Shown: positions 9,707 through 19,010 of the stretch, in pieces
Layout: the number at the start of each line of letters is the position of its first letter
Position numbering within the stretch: the stretch's first letter is position 1
NCBI GenBank assembly: GCA_051745145.1
Contig: JBNJDT010000001.1
Location: forward strand, 1-64,000
Direction: 5' to 3'
Origin: Elusimicrobiota bacterium
GTDB lineage: Bacteria > CG03 > SLGR01 > JAGXOG01
DNA: 64,000 nt
The notes under the pieces: generated by a model
What the model saw: the letters and a program-made list of their open reading frames with translations, nothing else
Told to the model about the DNA's origin: nothing
The model's database searches: none
Translations under genes and position numbers: made by a program

Positions 9707-10478
9707 TTTTATTTTTTTGGTTTATTTTTCTGAATAAAAAAATTCCGGCCAGGATACCGGCCAGGGCAATCCACTGGGTAGTGGTTAAATTTAAAAATGT
9801 CTCGCCCCTAAAATCCCCTCTGAAAAATTCTATTATTATTCTGAACATGCTGTAACCGGCAAAAAAGAGGGCCATGACCAGTCCCGGATATTTAGTCTTT
9901 TTGGTCTTTAAATAAAAGTACAAAAATATACTGAATGATATACCGAATAAAGAAGAAATAAGCTGGGTAGGCACTAACGAAACCCCCGGGGGAGCAAGTG
10001 ATTCGGGATGGTTAAATACAATTCCTATACATGAATCCGTGGGTTTGCCGTAGCAGCAGCCCGCGGAAAAACAGCCCAATCTTCCAATCCCGTAACTTAA
10101 AGACAGACCCGGCGCTAATACATCTCCCACACTTTTAAAATCATATCCCCATTTCTTTGTAAAATAAATAAGATATAATAAACCCCCTATTACTCCCCCC
10201 AAAAAAACCAGTCCACCCTCCCAGAAAGCAAAAATCTTAAATATATTTCCGTCTTTGCCAAAATAATCTGAAAATTTTAAGAGAACATATAAAATTCTTG
10301 AGCCCAACAGCCCGAAGAGAATCGCCCCCGGAAACATCCCGTTTATAAATTTTTTAGATATGTTTCTATATTTTGCCGATTTAACTGCCAGCTTGAGCCC
10401 GGCCAGCATCCCCAAAGCTAAAAGAAAGCCGTATGAGTATACAGTAAGCTTCCCTATAGAGAATAACTCAGGATGCAT
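9699..10478 (-). CDS. lgt: Prolipoprotein diacylglyceryl transferase
   Basis: WEGGL.F.GG, GRLGCF..GCCYG, PTQL, R..IEFFR; multiple TM segments. Confidence 0.93.
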   Translation of the reverse strand: MHPELFSIGKLTVYSYGFLLALGMLAGLKLAVKSAKYRNISKKFINGMFPGAILFGLLGSRILYVLLKFSDYFGKDGNIFKIFAFWEGGLVFLGGVIGGLLYLIYFTKKWGYDFKSVGDVLAPGLSLSYGIGRLGCFSAGCCYGKPTDSCIGIVFNHPESLAPPGVSLVPTQLISSLFGISFSIFLYFYLKTKKTKYPGLVMALFFAGYSMFRIIIEFFRGDFRGETFLNLTTTQWIALAGILAGIFLFRKINQKNKSV

Positions 10479-10929
10479 CTTCTGACATACCCCGCTTTTT
10501 TTTCATATAGTCACTAAATACAGAATATACTATTATCAGGGCCGCCATAGTTATAGCTGTATCGGCTATATTAAAAACCGGCCAAACTTTTAGATTTATA
10601 AAATCAACAACGCCCTCATAAAAAATACGGTCCCACAGATTAGATAAAGCGCCCCCTAAAATCAAAGAATACGCTACTATTGCAAATTTATCTTTTTGAG
10701 AAGTAAATTTTAATACCCCGGCCAGCAAAACTATTATTCCGATATTTACCGCCAGTAAGACATCGTTATTTCCCTGTAGAAAACTAAAAGCCATTCCCGT
10801 ATTTTTAAGGTAAGTAATATTTAAAACAGGCAAAAGTTCTATGCTCTCCCCGATTTTCATATTCACTACCACAAGAAACTTTAAAAACTGATCAATAATA
10901 AATACTGAAAATATTATAAAAAACTTCAA
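10468..10929 (-). CDS. lspA: Lipoprotein signal peptidase II
   Basis: DQ.LK, NTGMAFS, GGALSN.WDR, VVDFI, FNIAD. Confidence 0.95.
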   Translation of the reverse strand: MKFFIIFSVFIIDQFLKFLVVVNMKIGESIELLPVLNITYLKNTGMAFSFLQGNNDVLLAVNIGIIVLLAGVLKFTSQKDKFAIVAYSLILGGALSNLWDRIFYEGVVDFINLKVWPVFNIADTAITMAALIIVYSVFSDYMKKKRGMSEDAS

Positions 10930-10984
10930 TTTAAGATTCCAAAATCATAATTAAAATAACAATAAGACCGGGATTCTCGACATA

Positions 10985-13816
10985 CTATTTAACTATATCC
11001 ACACATCGTTTACATAGGCCCGGATGCTCCCGGCTTTCCCCTACGTTTTCAGTTATCATCCAGCACCGCTCGCATTTTTCGCCATGGGCATGCTTAATTT
11101 CAACCGAAATCTTTCCCGATAAAAATTTTATTCCCCTGTCAATATCTTCTTTTTTAAAATTAACCTCGCTGACAATAAAATACTCTTTCCAGTCTCCCGG
11201 TACATTTTTAAAATATTTAAGTAATTTTTTTGAATCAGTCTTAATTGTTACTGAAGTTTCCAGGGGATCTTTAACTATTTCTTCCTCTTTTGCTTTTTCT
11301 ATCTCTTTTAAAACAATATCTCTAAGTTCTATTATGGAATCCCAGTTTTTTGCCAGCTCTGAATTATTCCATTTATCAGGTATATCTTCTTTAATTTCAC
11401 ACAGCAGAATACTTTCCGGATATTGGTCTTTAAGACCCTGTTCCTTTAAATATTTCTGCCAGGCCTCTTCCGCGGTATGAGTAAGCACCGGAGCGATAAG
11501 TTTCAATAGTTCTTCGCCTATGATTTTTAATACCGTAAGAGAACTCCGCCTTTTTAAAGAATTATCAGCCTCAACATAAAGCCGGTCTTTTAAAATATTA
11601 AAGTAAAACGAAGAAAGCCATATATTACAAAAATCATGAATCTCTTTAGTGGCCCGATAAAATAAAAAATCGTCATAATATTTTTTAACATCCGTCAGGG
11701 TGGAATGAAATTTATGGAGCATAAATTTATCCAGAGACGTTAAATCCTCGTATTCCAGCTCATCTTCGGGACCAAAATTTTGAAGATTTCCCATTATAAA
11801 CCTTATGGAATTTCTGATCCGCCGGTAATAAGTTGTAATCTGTTTTAAAATTTCATCGGAAAGTTTTACATCCGTAAAATAATCTTCGCTGGCCACCCAA
11901 AGCCTTAATATATCGGCGCCGAATTCTTTTACAACTTCCTGGGGGCTTATTACATTCCCTACGGATTTAGACATCTTTTTACCTTCGGCATCAACTACAA
12001 AACCGTGGGTCAAAACATTCCTGTATGGCGGTTGTTCCTGGATAGCCACCGAAGGTATAAGTGAAGTCTGAAACCAGCCCCGGTGTTGATCGCTGCCCTC
12101 AAGATACATATCCGCCGGCCAGCTTAAATTTTCTCTGTTTTCCAGAACCGCAAAACTGCTCACCCCCGAATCAAACCATACATCCAGTATATCGCTTTCT
12201 TTTCTAAAATTTTCGCTGCCGCAGTTTTCACAGGTAAAACCACGTCCCAAAATTTCTCCGGCGCTTTTTTCAAACCAGGCGTCCGTCCCCTCTTCGGCAA
12301 CCATATCCTGTACTTTTTCAAAACTTTCTTTTGTGGCCAGAAGATTATCACACTCCTCGCAGTAAAATACGGGTATGGGAACTCCCCACATCCTCTGCCG
12401 GGAAAGACACCAGTCCGGTCTGTTCTCCAGCATCGCCGTTATCCTATTTTCGGCGGCCTCGGGATACCAGTTGACACTCTTTACATTATCTAATAATTTT
12501 TCTCTGAAATTGTTATCAATTTTCATAAACCACTGCTTGGTAGCTCTGAATATTACCGGACTTTTGCACCGCCAGCAGTGTGGATAGGAGTGAGAAATAT
12601 CCTTTTTCTTAAAAAGTAAACCCCTGTCATTTAATAATTCAACTATCTTACCGTCGGCGTCAAAAACGTGTTCCCCGGTCACTTCCCGGCAGTCAGCCTC
12701 ATCAGTAAATCTGCCATCACTATTAACCGGGGACAATATATCTATCCGGTCATCGGTGGTTTTTTGGGCTGAATTATATTTACTGATTTCAATATAGTCC
12801 TCTTCACCGTGTCCGGGAGCTATGTGAATTATGCCGGTTCCCTCTTCTAAATCCACTAAGTTATGGCCCGAAATAGGCTGGGAAATCCGGTCCCCAAAAG
12901 GGGTCTTAAAATTATACATGGTAAGTTTCTCACCGGCCATAATAACCTCTTCGCCCTGCTCATTTTCTGCTATACTGTAATTTTCAAAGAGCCCGTCCCT
13001 GTTTCTCTCATAAATTTCCCGGGCTACTATAAGAATTTCATCTTCATTTTCTATAAAAGCATACCGTATTTCAGGGTCAAAAAATAACGCTACATTGGCC
13101 GGAAGAGTCCAGGGGGTGGTAGTCCAGGCCAGGGCATACACATCCTTTTTAAACTCCTTAGCTGATTTTCTGGTCATCTCAAATCTTACATATATAGATG
13201 GAGATTCAATATCCCTGTATTCCACTTCCGCCTCCGCCAGAGCGGTACGGCAGGAATAACACCAGTGGACCGGTTTTAATTCCCTGTAGATAAAATCCTT
13301 AAGATAAATATCTTTAAAACATTCTATGATCTTTTCTTCGTATTCTTTATTTAAGGTCAAATAAGGATTTTCCCATTCTCCCAAAAGACCCAGGCGACGG
13401 AATTCATCTCTTTGAATATTGACAAAATTTTTAGCGTAATCCGCGGCCCTTTTTCGGAATTTCAGTTTGTCTTTTCCGGCATCGCTGCCCATCTTTTTCA
13501 TAAGTTCGTATTCTACCGGCAGGCCGTGACAATCCCATCCGGGGACAAAAGGAGTATAGTAACCGTTCATTGCCTTGTACTTTAAAACTATATCTTTTAA
13601 TATCCTGTTTAAGGCGTGGCCCGTATGTATATGCCCGTTGGCATATGGCGGCCCGTCGTGAAGAATAAATGTTTCGTTATCCTTATTTTTCTCCAGTAAT
13701 TTTTTATATACTTCTTTTTTCTTCCAGTCTTTTTGGATGAAGGGTTCTTTCCCGCTTAAATTGGCCTTCATAGAAAAATTAGTATTCGGTAAATTTAAAG
13801 TTTTAGCGTAATTCAT
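10985..13816 (-). CDS. ileS: Isoleucine--tRNA ligase (type 1)
   Basis: DGPPYANG, HTGH (HIGH), TTTPWT, DWCLSRQR.WG, KMSKS, C-terminal CERC..CKRC zinc finger. Confidence 0.97.
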   Translation of the reverse strand: MNYAKTLNLPNTNFSMKANLSGKEPFIQKDWKKKEVYKKLLEKNKDNETFILHDGPPYANGHIHTGHALNRILKDIVLKYKAMNGYYTPFVPGWDCHGLPVEYELMKKMGSDAGKDKLKFRKRAADYAKNFVNIQRDEFRRLGLLGEWENPYLTLNKEYEEKIIECFKDIYLKDFIYRELKPVHWCYSCRTALAEAEVEYRDIESPSIYVRFEMTRKSAKEFKKDVYALAWTTTPWTLPANVALFFDPEIRYAFIENEDEILIVAREIYERNRDGLFENYSIAENEQGEEVIMAGEKLTMYNFKTPFGDRISQPISGHNLVDLEEGTGIIHIAPGHGEEDYIEISKYNSAQKTTDDRIDILSPVNSDGRFTDEADCREVTGEHVFDADGKIVELLNDRGLLFKKKDISHSYPHCWRCKSPVIFRATKQWFMKIDNNFREKLLDNVKSVNWYPEAAENRITAMLENRPDWCLSRQRMWGVPIPVFYCEECDNLLATKESFEKVQDMVAEEGTDAWFEKSAGEILGRGFTCENCGSENFRKESDILDVWFDSGVSSFAVLENRENLSWPADMYLEGSDQHRGWFQTSLIPSVAIQEQPPYRNVLTHGFVVDAEGKKMSKSVGNVISPQEVVKEFGADILRLWVASEDYFTDVKLSDEILKQITTYYRRIRNSIRFIMGNLQNFGPEDELEYEDLTSLDKFMLHKFHSTLTDVKKYYDDFLFYRATKEIHDFCNIWLSSFYFNILKDRLYVEADNSLKRRSSLTVLKIIGEELLKLIAPVLTHTAEEAWQKYLKEQGLKDQYPESILLCEIKEDIPDKWNNSELAKNWDSIIELRDIVLKEIEKAKEEEIVKDPLETSVTIKTDSKKLLKYFKNVPGDWKEYFIVSEVNFKKEDIDRGIKFLSGKISVEIKHAHGEKCERCWMITENVGESREHPGLCKRCVDIVK

Positions 13817-14846
13817 CTGTCTTTTTTATCACTCCTTTTTCAGTTATATAACCTCTGATAAGTTCACTGTCTGTAATATCAAAAGCGTAATTTTTTGTCT
13901 CCGTCTCCCGGGGCGCTATTCTACGCCCGTTTATAAATAACACCTCTTTGGGACTTCTTAATTCTATTTCTATATCCCGTCCGGTTTCTGTATCAAAATC
14001 AAAGGTGGAAACCGGGGCCGCAACATAAAACGGTATACTGTGCCGGTCAGCCAGTACAGCACTCATATAAGTGCCTATTTTATTGGCCACATCCCCGTTG
14101 GCCGCTATCCGATCGGCCCCAACTACTACAGCATCTATTTCCCCCTTTTTCATCAAAAATCCGGACATGCTGTCTATAATAAGTTTATGGGGAATATTTT
14201 CTTTACCTAATTCATAACACGTCAGCCTTGCTCCCTGGAGCCGCGGCCGGGTCTCATCGGCAAAAACCTTTCTCACCAGGCCCCGTCTGTGAGCCGTCCG
14301 CATCACCCCTAAAGCTGTTCCCCAGCCTCCGGTGGCCAGAGCCCCGGCATTACAGTGGGTCAATAAATTTAATTTGTCAGTATTTTTGCCGTCAATATTT
14401 TCGAGTAGATCTGCACCGTAATCCCCCATATCTATATTAGCTTTAACCTCACTCTCTTTTAATTTGCGGGCCTCATTTAACAGCTTAGAATATATCTTAT
14501 CTACGGGCTCCTGTTTTAAATCTATGTATTTTTGTTCCATCTTATTTACTGCCCATTTCAGATTAACGGCAGTGGGACGGCTTTTTAAAAGTCTGGATTT
14601 TACATTTTTTAAAAAATTGTCGATATTATTCTCAGAGGTTTTTTGTTCAATAAAATCTTTTACCCCCCGGCAGTATCCAAAAGCGGCAGTTATTCCTATA
14701 GCCGGAGCACCGCGGACCGTCATATTTTTTATTGATTCGGCCACCGCCTCATGATTTTTATTCTCTACATATTTTTCTTTATGGGGAAGCAGCCGCTGAT
14801 CCAGCAAATAAAGCCGGCCATCTTTATATTCTATAATTTCCTTCAT
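13803..14846 (-). CDS. mtnA: S-methyl-5-thioribose-1-phosphate isomerase
   Basis: LDQRLLP, VRGAPAIG, RPTAVNL, THCNAGALAT, ETRPRLQG, ANKIGT. Confidence 0.93.
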   Translation of the reverse strand: MKEIIEYKDGRLYLLDQRLLPHKEKYVENKNHEAVAESIKNMTVRGAPAIGITAAFGYCRGVKDFIEQKTSENNIDNFLKNVKSRLLKSRPTAVNLKWAVNKMEQKYIDLKQEPVDKIYSKLLNEARKLKESEVKANIDMGDYGADLLENIDGKNTDKLNLLTHCNAGALATGGWGTALGVMRTAHRRGLVRKVFADETRPRLQGARLTCYELGKENIPHKLIIDSMSGFLMKKGEIDAVVVGADRIAANGDVANKIGTYMSAVLADRHSIPFYVAAPVSTFDFDTETGRDIEIELRSPKEVLFINGRRIAPRETETKNYAFDITDSELIRGYITEKGVIKKTDELR

Positions 14847-14862
14847 AACTCAAATAATCTTT

Positions 14863-15120
14863 TTAAATTAATACTTTCTTTATTATTGCAAATAACATAA
14901 TTCCCGTTAAAATAGAACCGATTAATAATTTTTGTCTCTTTCGGTATTTTATTAAGTCCTCTAATTTATCCAATATTCTATCAGATACTTCCACGATAAC
15001 GGGGCCCCCCGGCAGCTGTCCGGGATCAATTAACCGGCTATCCATATAATATCTTATAGTTAAAATCAATATAATAACCAGTAATATGCTATTTATAATA
15101 TATCCTAAACCGGTTAGCAT
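14863..15120 (-). CDS. Small two-TM membrane protein, probable divergent YggT/YlmG family
   Basis: 85 aa with TM-amphipathic-TM layout, immediately after proC where yggT usually lies. Confidence 0.45.
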   Translation of the reverse strand: MLTGLGYIINSILLVIILILTIRYYMDSRLIDPGQLPGGPVIVEVSDRILDKLEDLIKYRKRQKLLIGSILTGIMLFAIIKKVLI

Positions 15121-15124
15121 AATT

Positions 15125-15970
15125 TTATTCCTTTTTCTCTGAAATATCAGAAAGTTCTACTGATCTATCTCTGGCTTTTTTTACCGCTTTTTTAAAAATT
15201 TTGTCAAATTTATTCTTATATAAAAAATTTAAAGCTGCTTCAGTCGTCCCCCCCGGAGAAGTCACATCTTTTCGCAATTGTTTAATACTTTTATCACTGT
15301 TTTCCATAAGTTTACCCGCCCCGTAAGCTGTCCGGGCGGCCATTGTCCTGGCTTTCTCTTTATCTATTCCGTTTTCTACAGCAAACTCTTTTAAAATTTC
15401 AGCCATAAGAAAAAAATAAGCCGGGCCGGATCCGGAAACCGCAGTTACAGTATCCATTAAATGTTCATCTATAATAACTGTTTTACCCAGCTGCTTAAAT
15501 ATACTTTCTGCTTTTTTAATTTCCCTATTATTGACTTTACGGCCGCAGGACAAAGCTGAAAAACCCGCGCCGGCCAGGGCCGGCGTATTGGGCATTACCC
15601 TTATTAGGGAATAGTTTTTTTTACGGCCAAGTATATTTTCAATAAATTCTATTTTTATTCCGGCCGCAATACTTACCACCTGATATTTATGTCCCCGTTT
15701 TTGACTAACTTCCAATATGTCTTTAAGTTTTTTAAGCGGGGGAACAATAGTCTGGGGTTTTACTGCAAGTATAAAAATATCCGTACTGTTAAAATCGCCT
15801 TTTTCCAAATCCTCATAAAACGGAAAATCATACTTACCGGATAATTTTTCCCGGCGAGGCCCATCTTTTTCAACTCCTTTTAAAGAAAATTCAGGTTTTG
15901 AAAAAAGAGACTGTATTAGAGCCTCTCCCATCTTACCACATCCTATAATTGTTACCTGCGTAGTACTCAT
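15125..15970 (-). CDS. proC: Pyrroline-5-carboxylate reductase
   Basis: IGCGKMG, LAVKPQ, SIAAG, RVMPNTP, SGSGPAY, VTSPGGTT. Confidence 0.96.
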   Translation of the reverse strand: MSTTQVTIIGCGKMGEALIQSLFSKPEFSLKGVEKDGPRREKLSGKYDFPFYEDLEKGDFNSTDIFILAVKPQTIVPPLKKLKDILEVSQKRGHKYQVVSIAAGIKIEFIENILGRKKNYSLIRVMPNTPALAGAGFSALSCGRKVNNREIKKAESIFKQLGKTVIIDEHLMDTVTAVSGSGPAYFFLMAEILKEFAVENGIDKEKARTMAARTAYGAGKLMENSDKSIKQLRKDVTSPGGTTEAALNFLYKNKFDKIFKKAVKKARDRSVELSDISEKKE

Positions 15971-15993
15971 AAGTATTTGTAAATTTTATTTAT

Positions 15994-16731
15994 TTAATGT
16001 TGAATTGCAAATGCCAGCATGCGTTTCTTATTTTTGCGTCTGTGGGAATAAAAAAACTTATTTTCAAACGTACAGTAATTTTTATTTTTCAGAAGATTTA
16101 TATTTTCTTTTTTTACTCCGGTTTCGGCAAGCTGATATTTTAAGCCCTCATAAAGATCCACTCTACCCTTGTTTTTTAAAATTTGTCCGGTATCTTTATC
16201 GTAAACAGGATAGTAAGTGGCATTTTCCGGAAAGTGTTTTAAAATATCTTTAGAAACTTCAAAACAGTTACCACAGATATGCGGTGAAACTAAAAATTTT
16301 AGATCTTTGCGGGAATTACGGCTAAAAAGTTTACTGAATCTGGTCCCGATATTTTTTGCTACTCCTCTCCAGCCGGCATGAAACGCGCCCCGAAGTGTTT
16401 TGCCCTTCACCATAAAAACAGCCATACAATCCGCTATCCTCACCCCTAAAGATATCCCCGCCCGGGTTTTGGGTAAATCCAAATATACCCCGTCAACTCC
16501 CGGACAGTAAATTTTCTGATTTTTTAAGTCCCCTGGTTGGATTTTTCTTATCTTATCCCCGTGGACCTGTTCCATTAAAATAATTTTACCGGAGGGCAGG
16601 AGTTTTTGTAAAAATTCAAAAGCAGTCTCATCCTTCTTGAAATCTTTATTATTTCCAGCACTTAAACCGAATTTTAAATTATTTTCTTCATTTCCGTCCG
16701 GGGAATAAAATACTTTATCTTTGCTACTAAT
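15994..16731 (-). CDS. pgeF: PgeF/YfiH/YlmD family protein (peptidoglycan editing factor / purine nucleoside phosphorylase)
   Basis: QVHG, ADC and HAGWRG catalytic motifs, FYSHRR. The frame is open upstream of ATG 16575 to an ATT at 16731 preceded by GGAG; the start is inferred. Confidence 0.8.
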   Translation of the reverse strand: MSSKDKVFYSPDGNEENNLKFGLSAGNNKDFKKDETAFEFLQKLLPSGKIILMEQVHGDKIRKIQPGDLKNQKIYCPGVDGVYLDLPKTRAGISLGVRIADCMAVFMVKGKTLRGAFHAGWRGVAKNIGTRFSKLFSRNSRKDLKFLVSPHICGNCFEVSKDILKHFPENATYYPVYDKDTGQILKNKGRVDLYEGLKYQLAETGVKKENINLLKNKNYCTFENKFFYSHRRKNKKRMLAFAIQH

Positions 16732-17824
16732 CGGTTGCTCCGCTGTCCGACTGAATTCCTCTTATTTTCAGCATTAAATCTTCCGGATTAGTCGATGCTT
16801 TTTTAGCTGCTTCTAAAGTTATTTTTTCTTCATTGTAAAGCTTTTCAAGGGCCTGGTTAAAATTCTGCATACCGTAGTAGTCACCTTTAGCCATCTGCTT
16901 GGGAATTTTAGAAAAATTTTCTTCTTCTATTAAACTCTGTATTAAACTTGTAATGACAAGCATCTCCACAGCCGGTATCATTCCTCTTTTGCCTTTCCAC
17001 GGTAAAAGTCGTTGGGAGATCACGGCGGTTAGAGAATCTGCCAGCCGTAAAAGTATCTTATTCTGCTGATGAGGTGGAAAAACCTCTACTATCCTGGATA
17101 TTGTCTGCATAGCATTTACCGTATGGAGAGTGGAAAAGACAAGATGGCCCATTTGAGCTGCTCTCAAAGCCGCTTCTATAGTTTCCGAATCTCTCATCTC
17201 CCCTATAAAAATAACATCCGGATCCTGACGTACAATATTCCTTAAAGCCTCAGGATAAGAATAAGTATCTATTCCCAGTTCGCGCTGGGATATTATGCTC
17301 TTTATATCCCTGTGTATATATTCTATGGGATCTTCCAGAGTAATTATATGTTTGGAAAAATTCCGGTTAATGTAGTCGATCATGGAAGCTATAGTAGTTG
17401 TTTTTCCCGAACCGGTAGTGCCTGTAACTAAAACCATCCCCCGGGAGTTGGAGGCTATCTTTTTTAAACTAACCGGAAGATTTAAATTTTCAATAGTCTC
17501 TACCTGGGGGGGCACTAATCTCATAACGATATTTACATTTCCCCTTTGCTGAAAGACATTCACTCTATACCTGGATAAACCCGGGGCGCTGTAAGAGAGA
17601 TCTACCTCGTTTTTCTTTTCAAATTCTTCAAAATTTTCAGTCTCAAACATTTCCTGGGCCATTTTCCGTATATCTTCAGAAGAAAGCTTTTCAAAGTTTT
17701 TGCCCTGGCGAAGAGTTCCTTCTATTCTAAAAATTGGTTTACTCCCCACTCTCAAATGTAAATCTGACGCTCCGGCCTTATTCATGGCTTTTAAATATTT
17801 TCTTAATTTTTTTGAATTAGACAT
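16727..17824 (-). CDS. PilT/PilU-family type IV pilus retraction ATPase
   Basis: ASDLHL, RYRVNVF.QRG, GTTGSGKTT, EDPIE, RQDPDVI.IGEMRD, GHLVFSTLHT. Confidence 0.92.
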   Translation of the reverse strand: MSNSKKLRKYLKAMNKAGASDLHLRVGSKPIFRIEGTLRQGKNFEKLSSEDIRKMAQEMFETENFEEFEKKNEVDLSYSAPGLSRYRVNVFQQRGNVNIVMRLVPPQVETIENLNLPVSLKKIASNSRGMVLVTGTTGSGKTTTIASMIDYINRNFSKHIITLEDPIEYIHRDIKSIISQRELGIDTYSYPEALRNIVRQDPDVIFIGEMRDSETIEAALRAAQMGHLVFSTLHTVNAMQTISRIVEVFPPHQQNKILLRLADSLTAVISQRLLPWKGKRGMIPAVEMLVITSLIQSLIEEENFSKIPKQMAKGDYYGMQNFNQALEKLYNEEKITLEAAKKASTNPEDLMLKIRGIQSDSGATD

Positions 17825-17918
17825 ATTCTTCTCCGTTCAATTTATTAATTAAATTCTAAACTCCGAAGCTCTCCCAAAGAAAAATAATTAATAAAACCCT
17901 AACTATTCGTTGCTTAAA

Positions 17919-18989
17919 TTAATTGTTTTTGTCTTTCTTTCTCAAATAAGAAGGAAATTTAAGCGTCTCCGACCCAGAAGTCTTTTTTCCCATGGGTCGG
18001 CTGGGTTTTTGTGGACGACTTTTCTTCTTTCTCTTTTGGCAACCGGTAGCAATTACAGTAATTTTAAGTTTTTCCGATAAACTGTTATCTATGGTATTGC
18101 CAAAAAAGACGTCTGCTTCCGAAGAAACTTCTTTGTAAATAAGTTCCATAGCGTCATTTATTTCAAACATTTTAAGTTCTTTATTACCTGTAACATTAAC
18201 CAGTAAACCGTCAGCCCCCTCAATAGATACATCTTCTAAGAGCGGGGAATTCATAGCGTTTCTTGCTGCTTCCACAGCCCGGTCTTCGCCTTTTCCGAAT
18301 CCCAGCCCCATTATAGCATCTCCGGACTCTTTCATAACACTTTTAATATCGGCGAAATCAACATTTATCAAACCTTTTGTTGTTATTACATCGGAAATGC
18401 TTTGAACCGCCTGGCTCAATACGTCGTCGGCAACTTTATAGGCGTCCAAAGCCTTCGTATCTTTCTCTATTACGTCGTACAGCTTCTGGTTGGGTATAAC
18501 CAGCAGTGTATCTACATTTTCTCTCAATTTTTTAAGCCCGTCCATAGCCCTGGAATGCCGTTTCTTACCCTCAAACATAAACGGTTTAGTTACCACACCT
18601 ACGGTAAGGGCGCCCTGCTCTTTTGCTATTCCGGCAATTACCGGAGCGCCTCCGGTCCCCGTTCCCCCGCCGAAACCGGCCGTTACAAATACCATATCCG
18701 CCCCCTTTAAATCATCCCTTATGGTATCCTCATCCTCTTTAGCGGCTTTTTCGCCAACTTCGGGGTCGCCTCCGGCACCCAAACCTTTTGTAAGAGTTTC
18801 GCCAAGCTGAACTCTCTTGCCGGCAGCTGAAGCTTTTAATGCCTGAGCATCCGTATTAGCGGCTATAAAATCTATTCCCTTTATACCGGCTTCAATCATC
18901 CGGTTTACGGCGTTGCCGCCGCCTCCGCCTACTCCAATTACCGTTATATTTGCATTTCCTCTGGGTTCTTCTTCTTCAATTAACTGCAT
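17919..18989 (-). CDS. ftsZ: Cell division GTPase FtsZ
   Basis: GVGGGGGNAVNRM, GGGTGTG, INVDFAD, C-terminal FPSYLRK. Confidence 0.98.
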   Translation of the reverse strand: MQLIEEEEPRGNANITVIGVGGGGGNAVNRMIEAGIKGIDFIAANTDAQALKASAAGKRVQLGETLTKGLGAGGDPEVGEKAAKEDEDTIRDDLKGADMVFVTAGFGGGTGTGGAPVIAGIAKEQGALTVGVVTKPFMFEGKKRHSRAMDGLKKLRENVDTLLVIPNQKLYDVIEKDTKALDAYKVADDVLSQAVQSISDVITTKGLINVDFADIKSVMKESGDAIMGLGFGKGEDRAVEAARNAMNSPLLEDVSIEGADGLLVNVTGNKELKMFEINDAMELIYKEVSSEADVFFGNTIDNSLSEKLKITVIATGCQKRKKKSRPQKPSRPMGKKTSGSETLKFPSYLRKKDKNN

Positions 18990-19010
18990 TATATTTTAGT
19001 ACCTCCTGGG

